A stretch of DNA of 64,000 bases from a virus (taxonomy: Duplodnaviria; Heunggongvirae; Uroviricota; Caudoviricetes): IMG/VR virus record IMGVR_UViG_3300006919_000037. One strand, written 5' to 3'. Under the pieces are notes generated by a model. The model made no database searches. It worked only from the letters and a program-made list of their open reading frames with translations, and was not told where the DNA came from. Positions 45,354 to 55,357 of the stretch are shown here, piece by piece. The first letter of the stretch is position 1. Each line of letters begins with the position of its first letter. A program made the position numbers and the translations under genes.

Positions 45354-45854
45354 CTATTTAGGCAAAATTTCATAGGGATCGATAGTCTGTATCTTCAGCT
45401 TCGGTATTTTATCACCCGTCCCATCCAGTTCCAAACCCAACAGGACACCAAAACCCTTCATCTTCTTCTTCATGGCTTCCCTAAGTTCCTTGGCACTTTC
45501 TTTCGTATATGGGATTTCATAAGCCCGTGGCTTACTGTTGAAATTCAGGTGCAACAGTTCTTCTACACGTGTGGTTTCACGATCTGGATCATAGACCCAC
45601 ACATAAATCAACCCATCCGGGTTTTTGGGTGTAGGGTCCTTGATAGAAGCCCATATCATTGAATTGTCTTTACCCATCACGGCTGTTGTGGGGAAACCCC
45701 TGTATGTCATCAGTGACCAGTAATTCCCCGTAGCAGCCACAATAAGCAGCACACCCAGCATGATAACATGGGTTGACATCCTACCCACCATGATCATCCA
45801 AAGAATGAACAAGGCTATGAACGAGAAGAATATCACCATCAAAAAATCGATCAT
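45354..45854 (-). CDS. membrane protein (two N-terminal TM helices plus soluble domain), third gene of the TolQ/TolR-like module
   Basis: MIDFLMVIFFSFIALFILWMIMV and VIMLGVLLIVAATG hydrophobic helices. Confidence 0.4.
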   Translation of the reverse strand: MIDFLMVIFFSFIALFILWMIMVGRMSTHVIMLGVLLIVAATGNYWSLMTYRGFPTTAVMGKDNSMIWASIKDPTPKNPDGLIYVWVYDPDRETTRVEELLHLNFNSKPRAYEIPYTKESAKELREAMKKKMKGFGVLLGLELDGTGDKIPKLKIQTIDPYEILPK

Positions 45855-46498
45855 CGTAATGTCTCCCCGGCTCCAAGCTTCACTATTGGTATGAAATCAT
45901 CACCCTGATTGACAAAGAATCCGTCATTATCCAACCTGAACCTGACAAAGGTTTTTTCCTGCCATGTCATCTCGAAAACCTTTTTAACCATATGGACAAT
46001 CCTATACCGGTTTATTTTAACCACTCTCAGTTTAACCGGCACGGTAATCGGTACACCAGTTTGATAGGCATTTGATCCGTTACATTTATACAGATGTCCA
46101 TTAACAATGTATTCACCGGGGACCATCCCTCTCAGTGTCCACACCTCACGATTTTCTTCACCTTGAATTTTTCTTTTACTTCCAGATGGACTAAACGTAT
46201 CAGTTCTGATTCCCTGATCATCCCGTTCCAGATGCATGTATTTGTTGTTGAGGTACAGGAAATGGATCGGCTTCCCTTTGTCGGGACCCTGCACCCATAA
46301 GTCAACATCACAATCGATATCATCCGGCCATTCCATCTCAATGAAATACTCAGCACGTTTGATGATGTTGCCCTCATCTTTGGATATTGGATTGATCAAC
46401 AGAATAGCCAGAACGAACGATACAATGACCATGAACAGGACAGTGAACAACATGTCTGAAAATATGTTGCTGGCCCCAGTCTCTTTACTCAACTTCAT
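45851..46498 (-). CDS. ExbD/TolR-like protein (N-terminal single TM) with C-terminal extension
   Basis: N-terminal NIFSDMLFTVLFMVIVSFVLAILL resembles ExbD/TolR N-I-x-P-x-I/V-D-V-x-L-V-L-L-I-I-F-M; start overlaps stop of TolQ-like gene. Confidence 0.4.
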   Translation of the reverse strand: MKLSKETGASNIFSDMLFTVLFMVIVSFVLAILLINPISKDEGNIIKRAEYFIEMEWPDDIDCDVDLWVQGPDKGKPIHFLYLNNKYMHLERDDQGIRTDTFSPSGSKRKIQGEENREVWTLRGMVPGEYIVNGHLYKCNGSNAYQTGVPITVPVKLRVVKINRYRIVHMVKKVFEMTWQEKTFVRFRLDNDGFFVNQGDDFIPIVKLGAGETLR

Positions 46499-46949
46499 GG
46501 GAATGCACCATGTTCATTACTACCAATTGCCCCTTGAGTAACAGACTGGTTATCAACCCAACAATAGTTGTCAGAAGAGCCGTTGATAGTGCTAGGAAGA
46601 TATTCTGCATCATCTCAATAATCTCTGTCTGCTCATTTGGATCGATCTTGATTGTGGATATGGACTCCACTGATATCATCAACCCAATCACCGTCCCCAA
46701 CAACCCAAGTGCTGGTAGATGGTTTGCAATGAACATCTGCAACTCAAAGACATCATCACTATTTTTCCCTGATCTAATCTCAAAAAAGAAAGATAGAAGG
46801 GTTGCCATATAGACAACCCCGATAAGGAATGAAATATAAGTGATGTCTTTGGAAGCTATCCATGAGTATATGTCAAAATAACCTAACCAGAAGATTGCTA
46901 GAAGATTGGAAATACTGAACAATACAAAGAATATTGTAGATTTTGTCAT
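46485..46949 (-). CDS. MotA/TolQ/ExbB-family proton-channel protein (minimal, 154 aa)
   Basis: LPALGLLGTVIGLM matches the conserved P-x-x-GLLGTV-x-G-M motif of TolQ/ExbB/MotA; followed by ALSTALLTTIVGLITSLL helix; two N-terminal TM helices. Confidence 0.6.
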   Translation of the reverse strand: MTKSTIFFVLFSISNLLAIFWLGYFDIYSWIASKDITYISFLIGVVYMATLLSFFFEIRSGKNSDDVFELQMFIANHLPALGLLGTVIGLMISVESISTIKIDPNEQTEIIEMMQNIFLALSTALLTTIVGLITSLLLKGQLVVMNMVHSHEVE

Positions 46950-46954
46950 CTTTA

Positions 46955-48040
46955 TTATTCCACTTCTCTTATTCCTATACCCAGTGAGTTATCTTCATAT
47001 AAGGGTAATGTACTTATCAAATAGTCGGCACATCTACTTATAGATTCCCGAACCTTCACCTTGGCTTTCCAACCAAGCTTATGTTTGATATTCTCAACAG
47101 CCGGTACTCTGTATTTAACATCATCCGGATAGGACTTTGAAGTATTGAATTCTAGTGGTGGAAAACTAGGTGGTAGATAACCCTTCTCCATTCCAACCTC
47201 ACGAATAATCATAGCCAATTCTCTCATGGTGATTGGCTCTTGGTTACCAATATTCATGGCCGTGTTTGTAGGATGCTCCAGAGTATCGATAATTGGTTCA
47301 ATCACATCATCAATCCATGTGAAGCACCGGACTTGATTTCCATCACCTATAATGTCAAGACGGTGCTCTCTATTCATCAAGATCGTGTTAAAGAAATCAG
47401 CAAACACGTGGGAATCACCCAATGATTCCCCAGCAGTTTCATATGGTGTTATGATATTGAATGGTCTCCAGATAGAATACGGTAAAGCATATTGCTTATT
47501 GTATGCCCTGACCATTCTTTCGTTCACCACCTTACTCAAACCATAATCAGTCTTTGGAATGGGTGGATGTATGTTACTGCCCTTGTAATCATACATGTGG
47601 GATTCATGTGAAGGAATGAGTCCAATAGATACACTCTCATAAACCATAGACGATGAGATGAAAACGAAGTTCTCAACATCTGTGCATGTGGCAGCAGCTT
47701 CCAAACAGTTTGCATTGATAGCTGTGTCACGACCCAAAATATCAGCAGCAAATCTATTGAAGCCCCCAACACCGTAAATGGTTGCAGCACCCTGAATGAT
47801 AACATCCGGCTGGTATGCTGTGAACAGGTCCATAACGACTCTACGATTTGTCAGGTCTGCTTCCATGAACAAACAGTCATCATCTGTCAGGTTCTGATTA
47901 CGTCTACCGTGCCGGGACAGATTGTCGATCCCCATGATATGGTAGTCTGTCTTGAACCATCCAAGGGTTTTGATGATGTGACTCATCAAACTGCCATCAG
48001 AGCCACACACTATAATTTTTTTCATGTCTATTCTTTCCAT
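46955..48040 (-). CDS. NAD-dependent sugar epimerase/dehydratase (SDR family)
   Basis: Rossmann IIVCGSDGSLMSHI and catalytic YGLSK (YxxxK); start set at MERIDM (48040; an alternative ATG lies at 48025); ORF-track start 48094 overlaps the upstream gene. Confidence 0.7.
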   Translation of the reverse strand: MERIDMKKIIVCGSDGSLMSHIIKTLGWFKTDYHIMGIDNLSRHGRRNQNLTDDDCLFMEADLTNRRVVMDLFTAYQPDVIIQGAATIYGVGGFNRFAADILGRDTAINANCLEAAATCTDVENFVFISSSMVYESVSIGLIPSHESHMYDYKGSNIHPPIPKTDYGLSKVVNERMVRAYNKQYALPYSIWRPFNIITPYETAGESLGDSHVFADFFNTILMNREHRLDIIGDGNQVRCFTWIDDVIEPIIDTLEHPTNTAMNIGNQEPITMRELAMIIREVGMEKGYLPPSFPPLEFNTSKSYPDDVKYRVPAVENIKHKLGWKAKVKVRESISRCADYLISTLPLYEDNSLGIGIREVE

Positions 48041-49299
48041 GGATTGTATGTAATCACACCGGGTGACATCATCGGCAAGTGCCACTGGAACCATTCTTTA
48101 TCGAATACCTTGTGTGGTGTCATAACCACAACAGCATCCACACCACTCACCAGAAGATGTGTACGAGCTTGGATCATTCCTTCAACATATGGGTCATACA
48201 TGGTCACTTTCAAGCCGTGCCTCTTACAAATCTTCTTGAATTTGTATGATAGTGAGTTTCGAATATCATCAGACTCAGCCTTGAAAGCAGCACCAAGAAT
48301 CAAAACCCGGTCAATAGTTTTTCCAACACGTGCAGCCTTGATCATCATCTGATCATAAACAAATTCCGGCATACTCTCATTGATATGGAAAGCTGTGCTT
48401 ATCAGTTCAGGGAAAGCAAATTTTGTAGTAAGGAATTTACCATCCTTGAATAGGCACGGCCCACCCACGTTTGGTCCCGGCTTGGGAACATCAAGTCTTT
48501 CATACCCCTCATTGAAGTCCTCAATCATCTCAAATGCATCAACGTCATATTGCTTACACACCATGTACATTTCGTTGGCAAATGCAAAATTCACATAACG
48601 GTACATATTGGTCATCAGCTTGCCGATTTCAGCAGCTTCATATGGCATGAATTTATACACAACCCCAAGAGTTTTGATGAACTCCCAAAGTTTGGCATGA
48701 ACACCCACACCCTCTTCATCAGGATCGACCCCAATCATCCAATGGTGTTTGGTAGTCTCCACCAACCCCTTACCCTGTGCAACACGTTCTGGGATGAAGT
48801 AAACGTCTACCCGGTTTTTGATCTGTAACATTGGCACACCACCATAGTAGTTGATCTTATTGAACAGCCGTTTTTTGAAAAGACGTGTAGTGCCGGGTGC
48901 AACTGTCGATCTTAGTATTATGGCCTTGGTCCCACCAGACTTGATGTTTTCGGCAATGGCTGTTCCAATTGTGTCGGCCAACTCCATGATGTCATCAATA
49001 CGTGGGTTACCTTCATCATCAACCGGTGTACCGATCATGATAGCAATAATATCAGACTTTTTGAGAGAGTCGTATTCGGTTGTGAAGAACAGGTTGCTTC
49101 CAACATACTTTTTAAGCTGTTCCTGACCACCTTCTTCAATGAAAGGCATCTCACCCCGGTTCAACTGACTGACCCGTTCCTGAGACAGGTCTATTCCATA
49201 CACAATGTTATCTGGACGTGAGCACACCAGTGAGAACGGAATCCCCACATGACCACCAGCCCCAATTATAGATACAATCATAATCTTTTTTCTCTCCAA
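48028..49299 (-). CDS. UDP-glucose/GDP-mannose dehydrogenase family protein
   Basis: N-terminal Rossmann SIIGAGGHVG and GGPCLFKDG (family GG-x-C-x-x-KD motif); likely true start MIVSIIG at 49281. Confidence 0.75.
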   Translation of the reverse strand: MERKKIMIVSIIGAGGHVGIPFSLVCSRPDNIVYGIDLSQERVSQLNRGEMPFIEEGGQEQLKKYVGSNLFFTTEYDSLKKSDIIAIMIGTPVDDEGNPRIDDIMELADTIGTAIAENIKSGGTKAIILRSTVAPGTTRLFKKRLFNKINYYGGVPMLQIKNRVDVYFIPERVAQGKGLVETTKHHWMIGVDPDEEGVGVHAKLWEFIKTLGVVYKFMPYEAAEIGKLMTNMYRYVNFAFANEMYMVCKQYDVDAFEMIEDFNEGYERLDVPKPGPNVGGPCLFKDGKFLTTKFAFPELISTAFHINESMPEFVYDQMMIKAARVGKTIDRVLILGAAFKAESDDIRNSLSYKFKKICKRHGLKVTMYDPYVEGMIQARTHLLVSGVDAVVVMTPHKVFDKEWFQWHLPMMSPGVITYNPWKE

Positions 49300-49751
49300 C
49301 GTTCAGGGTAATCTGTGCACACACCACCAATATTTGTGTAAAAATCCTGATCAAAGTCAGAAGCTGAGTTTTCAGGCAGTGCTAATATCGTCATATTTGT
49401 GTAACCCTTCCCCGTAGAATGGGCAAGTGGATGCATCCATACCCAACCCCATGATGTTAGGGTGTAATCATCAGTATCATGCCAAAAATAGTGGGCATCT
49501 TTGTTTGAGAGGAAACCCAATGCTTCAACATTCTTGGCATGTAGAATCACCTGATACTTGATCTGGGCAAGGAAATCCCAAGAAACCTTATGTTCCGGAA
49601 AGTCATGGCCAAGCCAACATTCACCCTCTACATACCAAAAATCAATCTCTACATTAAATTGAGCAGATATTGCTTTGTTGATTTGGCTTGGATGATTTTC
49701 CCATTGTCTGTTTGACCCATCCAGATTTCCACGATGGCTGTATATCTTCAT
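49278..49751 (-). CDS. glycerophosphodiester phosphodiesterase-like (GDPD family) protein
   Basis: IYSHRGN at N-terminus and EIDFWYVEGECWLGHD (GDPD HR-x-E-x-D-H pattern). Confidence 0.5.
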   Translation of the reverse strand: MKIYSHRGNLDGSNRQWENHPSQINKAISAQFNVEIDFWYVEGECWLGHDFPEHKVSWDFLAQIKYQVILHAKNVEALGFLSNKDAHYFWHDTDDYTLTSWGWVWMHPLAHSTGKGYTNMTILALPENSASDFDQDFYTNIGGVCTDYPERWREKRL

Positions 49752-50350
49752 CTATAAAACTCCACATTACATTCCTTACCCACGTCATCCGGTTTTACAT
49801 CATACTTGAACCCACAGAAGTCCAAGTATTTCGTAACATTAGACAGATTGTTGCCCGTACCCTGATACAGTTCAACCGTGTAAGCACATTCCAGCCGACC
49901 GGCTTTTAGATCGTTTATGTAATGGCCCATAGATAGCAGCACATTGTAATCATTACCTTGTGCATCAATCCACATGTAGTCAATATCACCCTCTATTTTG
50001 AACACTTCAATGAACGTCTCCAATCTCATACACGGTACAGGATAGGAATGAGTCATCTTGAAGTCTGACCGGTTTTCCCACTTCTCGTGGATTTTCTCAT
50101 CAAACTCATAAAGACTAGAACAGCCCCAGTCACCCTGACCGGCAATATTGAACGTCTTGAAACCATCCTCAATATCAACAGCCATTGGGATGATATTGAC
50201 TCGTGGGTCATTGAATTTGGGCCACAATGCTTGGGATACCAATTCCCGTGTGGGTTCAAATCCGTAATATGTGTGTGTCGGGTATTTGTCCAGTAACGGC
50301 TGTGTGTCTGAGCCGGTGTTAACACCAATCTCGAATATGTTTTTAGTCAT
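49748..50350 (-). CDS. FkbM-family SAM-dependent methyltransferase
   Basis: IFEIGVNTG at trimmed N-terminus, GFEPT and MWIDAQGNDYNVL; start moved to ATG 50350 (8-nt overlap with MazG-like gene). Confidence 0.5.
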   Translation of the reverse strand: MTKNIFEIGVNTGSDTQPLLDKYPTHTYYGFEPTRELVSQALWPKFNDPRVNIIPMAVDIEDGFKTFNIAGQGDWGCSSLYEFDEKIHEKWENRSDFKMTHSYPVPCMRLETFIEVFKIEGDIDYMWIDAQGNDYNVLLSMGHYINDLKAGRLECAYTVELYQGTGNNLSNVTKYLDFCGFKYDVKPDDVGKECNVEFYR

Positions 50351-50681
50351 CCACGACATCCTCTGGCTTACTTGATTGCATAAACTTCTCAAGCTTTATA
50401 ATTTTCTTTTCAATCTGATTTTCTACTATTGCTGCATTTATCAAATCCACATCCGGTTCCAGAGACATTGTGATAACAGCCATCAAATCACCCAATTCAA
50501 TAGACAGACGTTCCCGGTTCGTATGTGGTTGGCCGGGTTGAACTTCGTGTATACCAAATCTCAACATCTTGGTAGCACGTTGCTGCACTTCAGCAGCTTC
50601 TTCAATAAGGATGGTTAGAAGCTCACGTTCATATGGTGTTGGTAGTGGTTCTGGTGTTACAAATTTTTCAGTCATGTTCAA
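50343..50681 (-). CDS. MazG-like nucleotide pyrophosphohydrolase (small all-alpha NTP-PPase)
   Basis: LIEEAAEVQQ and ELGDLMAVI helices carrying the E-x-x-E / D metal-binding pattern. Confidence 0.55.
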   Translation of the reverse strand: MNMTEKFVTPEPLPTPYERELLTILIEEAAEVQQRATKMLRFGIHEVQPGQPHTNRERLSIELGDLMAVITMSLEPDVDLINAAIVENQIEKKIIKLEKFMQSSKPEDVVDD

Positions 50682-50730
50682 TCCTATACATAAAGGTGGG
50701 CCGGGTTTTCGTCAATCATAGCTTCATCAT

Positions 50731-52116
50731 CTAATTATCCCTCAAGAACGTGTTTAGGTCTTCCGGAGTACCAATCCCCCACATACGGTCTATCTGCTTG
50801 ACACGGACCTTCTTACCGGCTTCTATGGCTTGATTAAAGACAGGGCACACATAGAACTCACCATTGGTCCGGATATCCTTCTCAATCATCTGTTCAGCAA
50901 ACTTCACATAGTCCTTACCATGTGACCAATAATACAAACCAACTGTTGCATTGTCAGATATTGGTTGCTTCTCAGCCACCTCTGATACGAATCCATCATC
51001 ACCCACCTTGGCATATGACCATTTTGGATGTGTTGATTTGAATGTCAGTATCCCGGCATCAATCCCATCAGCCTTGAATGCATACATACATTCATTGGAA
51101 TCCCACTCTATATACTGGTCTGAGTTACAGATCAATAGTGGATTTGAGTTGTTGATCAGGTTCTTGGCCAACAGAGTCGTGCAGGCAGCACCCTCAGTCA
51201 CCCCATCAACCTGAATTATCTCACAACCCGGTGTGATCAATTCCAACATGTATTTGAGATTGTATTTCTTGTAGTGTTCCTTCTGGACAATGTAGATAAA
51301 ATTGGCCTCAATGTTAAGGTTCTCCACAACCAACTGGATCATTGGTTTACCTTTGACCTCAATCAATGGCTTTGGAAACGTGTAACCGGCATCAGCAAAT
51401 CTGGAACCGGCTCCGGCCATGGGGATCAACACGTTCAGCTTATTGTCATTCCATTTCATTTTGATCTGTCCACTCTGCTTCATGTCGAGCCATTCCATCT
51501 GACTCATGATTTTCTCACGTGTCAAATCACGTGGGTCCTCAACTTCCAGAAGATGTGCACCGGAAGCCACTGCACCTTCACGACCGATATGAGAATCCTC
51601 AACGATAATTGTAGATGCTGGAATTGCATTACATTCTATCATACACTTCCAGTACATGTCAGGATATGGCTTCGATCTTTCCACATCCTGATTAGATACC
51701 ATATAGTCAAAGTATTCCAGAATTCCAAGAGACTTCAGGGAAGTTTCAACCGTTTCACGGATTGCATTTGAAGCACATGCCAGTTTGTAGCCGTTCAGCT
51801 TTATCCAGCTACACAACCCGATCAGATACAGGTTCTTCTTGGTCTTGTTCAGTAGAAATTCCTTGGTGTAATGTTGTTTACTTCTCCATATATGACCATG
51901 ATAATGTTCTGGCAGATTCTTCTCATCTGTCAACATCTTCAGTTTTCTGGATGTGGATAAACCGTCATAACGTGATAGATGCTCTTCACGAGTAATAACA
52001 AAGTCATCAGCTATCTCAGCTAGAGCCATGTTCAGGGTTTCGTAGTGGATTTCACGTGAGTCTATCAACACCCCATCAAGATCGAATATGATAAGCTTGT
52101 TGTATGTGTTAATCAA
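50731..52116 (-). CDS. bifunctional HAD phosphatase/phosphomutase - sugar-1-phosphate nucleotidyltransferase
   Basis: N-terminal HAD motifs IIFDLDGVLIDS, CASNA, SKPYPDMY, EDSHIG; C-terminal LIPMAGAGSRF and PKPLIEVKGKPMI (G-x-G-x-R and KPM NTP-transferase signature). Confidence 0.7.
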   Translation of the reverse strand: MINTYNKLIIFDLDGVLIDSREIHYETLNMALAEIADDFVITREEHLSRYDGLSTSRKLKMLTDEKNLPEHYHGHIWRSKQHYTKEFLLNKTKKNLYLIGLCSWIKLNGYKLACASNAIRETVETSLKSLGILEYFDYMVSNQDVERSKPYPDMYWKCMIECNAIPASTIIVEDSHIGREGAVASGAHLLEVEDPRDLTREKIMSQMEWLDMKQSGQIKMKWNDNKLNVLIPMAGAGSRFADAGYTFPKPLIEVKGKPMIQLVVENLNIEANFIYIVQKEHYKKYNLKYMLELITPGCEIIQVDGVTEGAACTTLLAKNLINNSNPLLICNSDQYIEWDSNECMYAFKADGIDAGILTFKSTHPKWSYAKVGDDGFVSEVAEKQPISDNATVGLYYWSHGKDYVKFAEQMIEKDIRTNGEFYVCPVFNQAIEAGKKVRVKQIDRMWGIGTPEDLNTFLRDN

Positions 52117-52810
52117 ATGTTTTCACCTCTACACATCTCAGATCATCAAAAACTGCAACACAAAGCTTACCACCAAACACAGCACCCCCATCAATATTAA
52201 GACGACCCTCATCAACCCTCAACTCACCATCCTTTGATAAAAACGTTTGTATAATCACACGATGATACGGCTCCTTGCTGATCGGTGTGTGACCATGGAC
52301 AACAACAGCACCCGGAACCGGCACATTCATGTAGTTTCTGGACCACAGCATTGTATCCTTCTGTTCTGGTGTATTTTCACCCTCAAGATACACTGGCAGG
52401 AAATTGGAATGAACACAGATCACTTCATGGTTGTCACCAAACGTGACATAGTATGGAAGGTTTTTCATCCATACAACATCCGATAGGAAAGCTTCCCTCT
52501 CAGCTTTAGAATCTGTATACAATTGCTGATATGAGAATAGAGTTTCCCTACCCCCATTCATCATCCATGAGTCTTCCAACCCACTATCCCACATGAACAT
52601 TTCATGATTACCCATCACGACATGCTTGGTTCCCACCGGCTCCCACTCACGTACCGACTTTACAACCAATGCAGATTCCGGACCACGATCAATCAGATCA
52701 CCCAGAAACACCACATGGTCTTCAGGCTCCATCTGTGTCTCTATCCATTCACGTGCTTTCATATACACGTTAAACATTCCGTGTATGTCACCTATAGCAA
52801 ATATTTTCAT
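52109..52810 (-). CDS. Ser/Thr-phosphatase-type metallophosphoesterase (lambda-PPase/ApaH-like)
   Basis: IFAIGDIHG, VFLGDLIDRG, GNHE and VHGH motifs. Confidence 0.7.
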   Translation of the reverse strand: MKIFAIGDIHGMFNVYMKAREWIETQMEPEDHVVFLGDLIDRGPESALVVKSVREWEPVGTKHVVMGNHEMFMWDSGLEDSWMMNGGRETLFSYQQLYTDSKAEREAFLSDVVWMKNLPYYVTFGDNHEVICVHSNFLPVYLEGENTPEQKDTMLWSRNYMNVPVPGAVVVHGHTPISKEPYHRVIIQTFLSKDGELRVDEGRLNIDGGAVFGGKLCVAVFDDLRCVEVKTFD

Positions 52811-53628
52811 GAGTATTTTTTACCTTCTGGAACTGGTATGCATATAAACATATCCCTCATTGCATTCAACCCTTCTTGTGGCATTTCATACAAGTGCCAC
52901 TTATTGGGTTTCAACAACTTCGTGTATGTGTCCATACACAACCCTATCTTGATCCGGGCACCACGAAGTCTCTGGGACCACTCGATATCCTCTTCATCAC
53001 CCCAACATCTGGATTCATCCAATGGAATTGCTTGAAGAACTTCTATGTTTGCAGTGATCATCCCACCGGAGATGTATTGCATGTTTGTCATGTCTTGAAC
53101 TTCATACGGCACACCACAGACATACTTTGGATCATTTTCATTGGGTGCAACCTGCATGAAAAGGTTTCTCAGTTGTGGTTGACGTTCCAACATAGCCGTA
53201 ACGAATCTCTGATCCAACAACCAGTCTGAATGTCTCTCACCTTCCATGGTGTATATTGGATTGACCACGACTTGGATGTGATCGTTATCATCCCACCATT
53301 TTAATATCTTATCAACCCAATCCGGTTGAAATTCATAATAGTCATGGACCAGACACACTTTGTCAAATCCATACTCATGGGCCACGTTGACCAGAAGATT
53401 CTTCTTCTGTGTGATCCAACCCTTTCGTGGTTCATCATAATAATATGGATAGAACGAACCCATATGCTTCGATTGATCGATCAGTTCCCTATAACCAATC
53501 ACAGCCACCATACCATGAGGCATATCAAATTGACTAATAGCCGACCCGATACATTTATCAAGTGTCTCTATGTCCGTTGTCGGACCTGCACAAATTCCAA
53601 TAAACATATCACCACTTCCTCTTGTCAA
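52807..53628 (-). CDS. hypothetical protein in glycan island
   Basis: 273-aa ORF, no motif recognised. Confidence 0.4.
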   Translation of the reverse strand: MTRGSGDMFIGICAGPTTDIETLDKCIGSAISQFDMPHGMVAVIGYRELIDQSKHMGSFYPYYYDEPRKGWITQKKNLLVNVAHEYGFDKVCLVHDYYEFQPDWVDKILKWWDDNDHIQVVVNPIYTMEGERHSDWLLDQRFVTAMLERQPQLRNLFMQVAPNENDPKYVCGVPYEVQDMTNMQYISGGMITANIEVLQAIPLDESRCWGDEEDIEWSQRLRGARIKIGLCMDTYTKLLKPNKWHLYEMPQEGLNAMRDMFICIPVPEGKKYS

Positions 53629-54646
53629 GTTCGATCAGGACATCTTCGATATCATCAACCGTGCAACCTATCGAATGGTTCTGAACCACATACCGATAAC
53701 CTTCATATTCGTTGAAATAATTATCCATACCCACACAGTTCCACCAGTCTCTGTCATCATCCTGATATACATACTCAATAAATTCCATCAACTCAGGTTC
53801 TGAGTCATACACGAATCCATGCTTCTGAAGTTTGAGAGCACCCGGTGTTTTACGAGCAAACCATGGCACACTATGATACATAGCCTCAAGCAGAACCAAC
53901 CCAAACCCTTCTTCATAGGAATTTAGTATATAACCATTGGATTTGTGGATGGCCCACTGAACTTCATCAAATTCTGCATCCGTGATCACCCGTACTTGAT
54001 CAGTTTGTTGTGGTGCATTCTCAGGCATACCATATCCATAGAGTACCAGTTTAGCATCAATAGGAGAAAAGTTCCAAGCATCAGCTAATTCCGTCATAGC
54101 CTTGTGTGGATAAAAACCACCAGCCGAAACGAAGTATGGCACATCCTCTTTCACAAAATCACGATTCATATAAGCTTCAGGTGCTGATATAGCATCACCC
54201 ATTTTGATACCATGTCTGACTCTTCTTGCCTTGTCGAGATACCCGGCATTGGCAATATGATTCAGATCAGCCACGGTGGAGTATCCAAGGAAATCTGAAA
54301 ACCTCATCCCATGCATACATATATCAGAGTTTGACGGCTTGATGATCATGTACAGGATTGGTGACCGGATGTTGAATGAGTGTTGGTGGACAATGTTCTG
54401 CATATGGACATCACCACCATGGACCACAATAAGGTCCCACTGACGGTTTAACGTCTCAGTAGGGTTATCCACCACCCACACACCATTATGCTTACCCTGA
54501 ACGGCCCTATGCTCTCCTGTGAGCACTGTAACCGTGTGGCCACGTGCCAGAGCTTCTTCAGCCATTTGTTGTGTGTAATATTCAGAACCACCCGGAAATG
54601 GAGCATACCGGTGGACTACAAACAGGATATTTTTTGGAGTGTTCAT
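53609..54646 (-). CDS. glycosyltransferase family 1 (GT4-like, GT-B fold)
   Basis: C-terminal E-x7-E region GFGLVLLEAMYHSVPWFARK; N-terminal ILFVVHRYAPFPGGSE. Confidence 0.7.
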   Translation of the reverse strand: MNTPKNILFVVHRYAPFPGGSEYYTQQMAEEALARGHTVTVLTGEHRAVQGKHNGVWVVDNPTETLNRQWDLIVVHGGDVHMQNIVHQHSFNIRSPILYMIIKPSNSDICMHGMRFSDFLGYSTVADLNHIANAGYLDKARRVRHGIKMGDAISAPEAYMNRDFVKEDVPYFVSAGGFYPHKAMTELADAWNFSPIDAKLVLYGYGMPENAPQQTDQVRVITDAEFDEVQWAIHKSNGYILNSYEEGFGLVLLEAMYHSVPWFARKTPGALKLQKHGFVYDSEPELMEFIEYVYQDDDRDWWNCVGMDNYFNEYEGYRYVVQNHSIGCTVDDIEDVLIELDKRKW

Positions 54647-54909
54647 TTATTGTACCACATCACATGGGTTGTACCCTCTGGAATCTGTCCAGTCAGGACC
54701 TTCGACGGCATGGCAGCACCATGGATGACATCAGACATACCTACCAATTGATCACCAATTACCCACTGTCCATGTCCATCATAATCAACGAAAGCACCTT
54801 CTTCACATGCATCTGTGAAATCTTCAATAGTCATAAACATGCTATCAAACTCATCACCCCAAAATTCACGGGCTTCTGAAACAGTTTCTCTATAGCTCAT
54901 ATCCACCAT
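54643..54909 (-). CDS. hypothetical acidic protein
   Basis: 88-aa ORF. Confidence 0.35.
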   Translation of the reverse strand: MVDMSYRETVSEAREFWGDEFDSMFMTIEDFTDACEEGAFVDYDGHGQWVIGDQLVGMSDVIHGAAMPSKVLTGQIPEGTTHVMWYNK

Positions 54910-55357
54910 CCTCTGGTTTTACACCAAAATGATACCAGTCTTTCTGTTCAGCCGGTCTCATATTGTCAAATTCTGTGTCGGCATCCACATCACCACAATA
55001 ATCGGTTGAGTAGACCATATAAAGACCTTCTATCACATAGAAGCCTTCCTTGATTCCGTCTTCTAACACACCTTCGACTGTATAGTCAAGCCCCGGCCCA
55101 TAATTATCTTCATAATCAGCACCACCACCTTCATATGCATAGATATCGACAGTTGGTCTATCCCTATGATCCTCATGAAGAACCCGGAAGAGAACAGTGG
55201 ATTTCTCAGATGGATTTGGACAATCATTATCCTCATCAGGCAGTGCTTTTATGTAATCCACAAGATCAAGCTGAAATTCAGTCATTGATAATCTCCACCA
55301 TCCTGTAATCTGTTGTTGTTTTTGTGTATGGAACAACACGGGCAAAGGTAAACTCAC
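54890..55357 (-). CDS. hypothetical acidic protein
   Basis: 155-aa ORF. Confidence 0.35.
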   Translation of the reverse strand: MSLPLPVLFHTQKQQQITGWWRLSMTEFQLDLVDYIKALPDEDNDCPNPSEKSTVLFRVLHEDHRDRPTVDIYAYEGGGADYEDNYGPGLDYTVEGVLEDGIKEGFYVIEGLYMVYSTDYCGDVDADTEFDNMRPAEQKDWYHFGVKPEDGGYEL

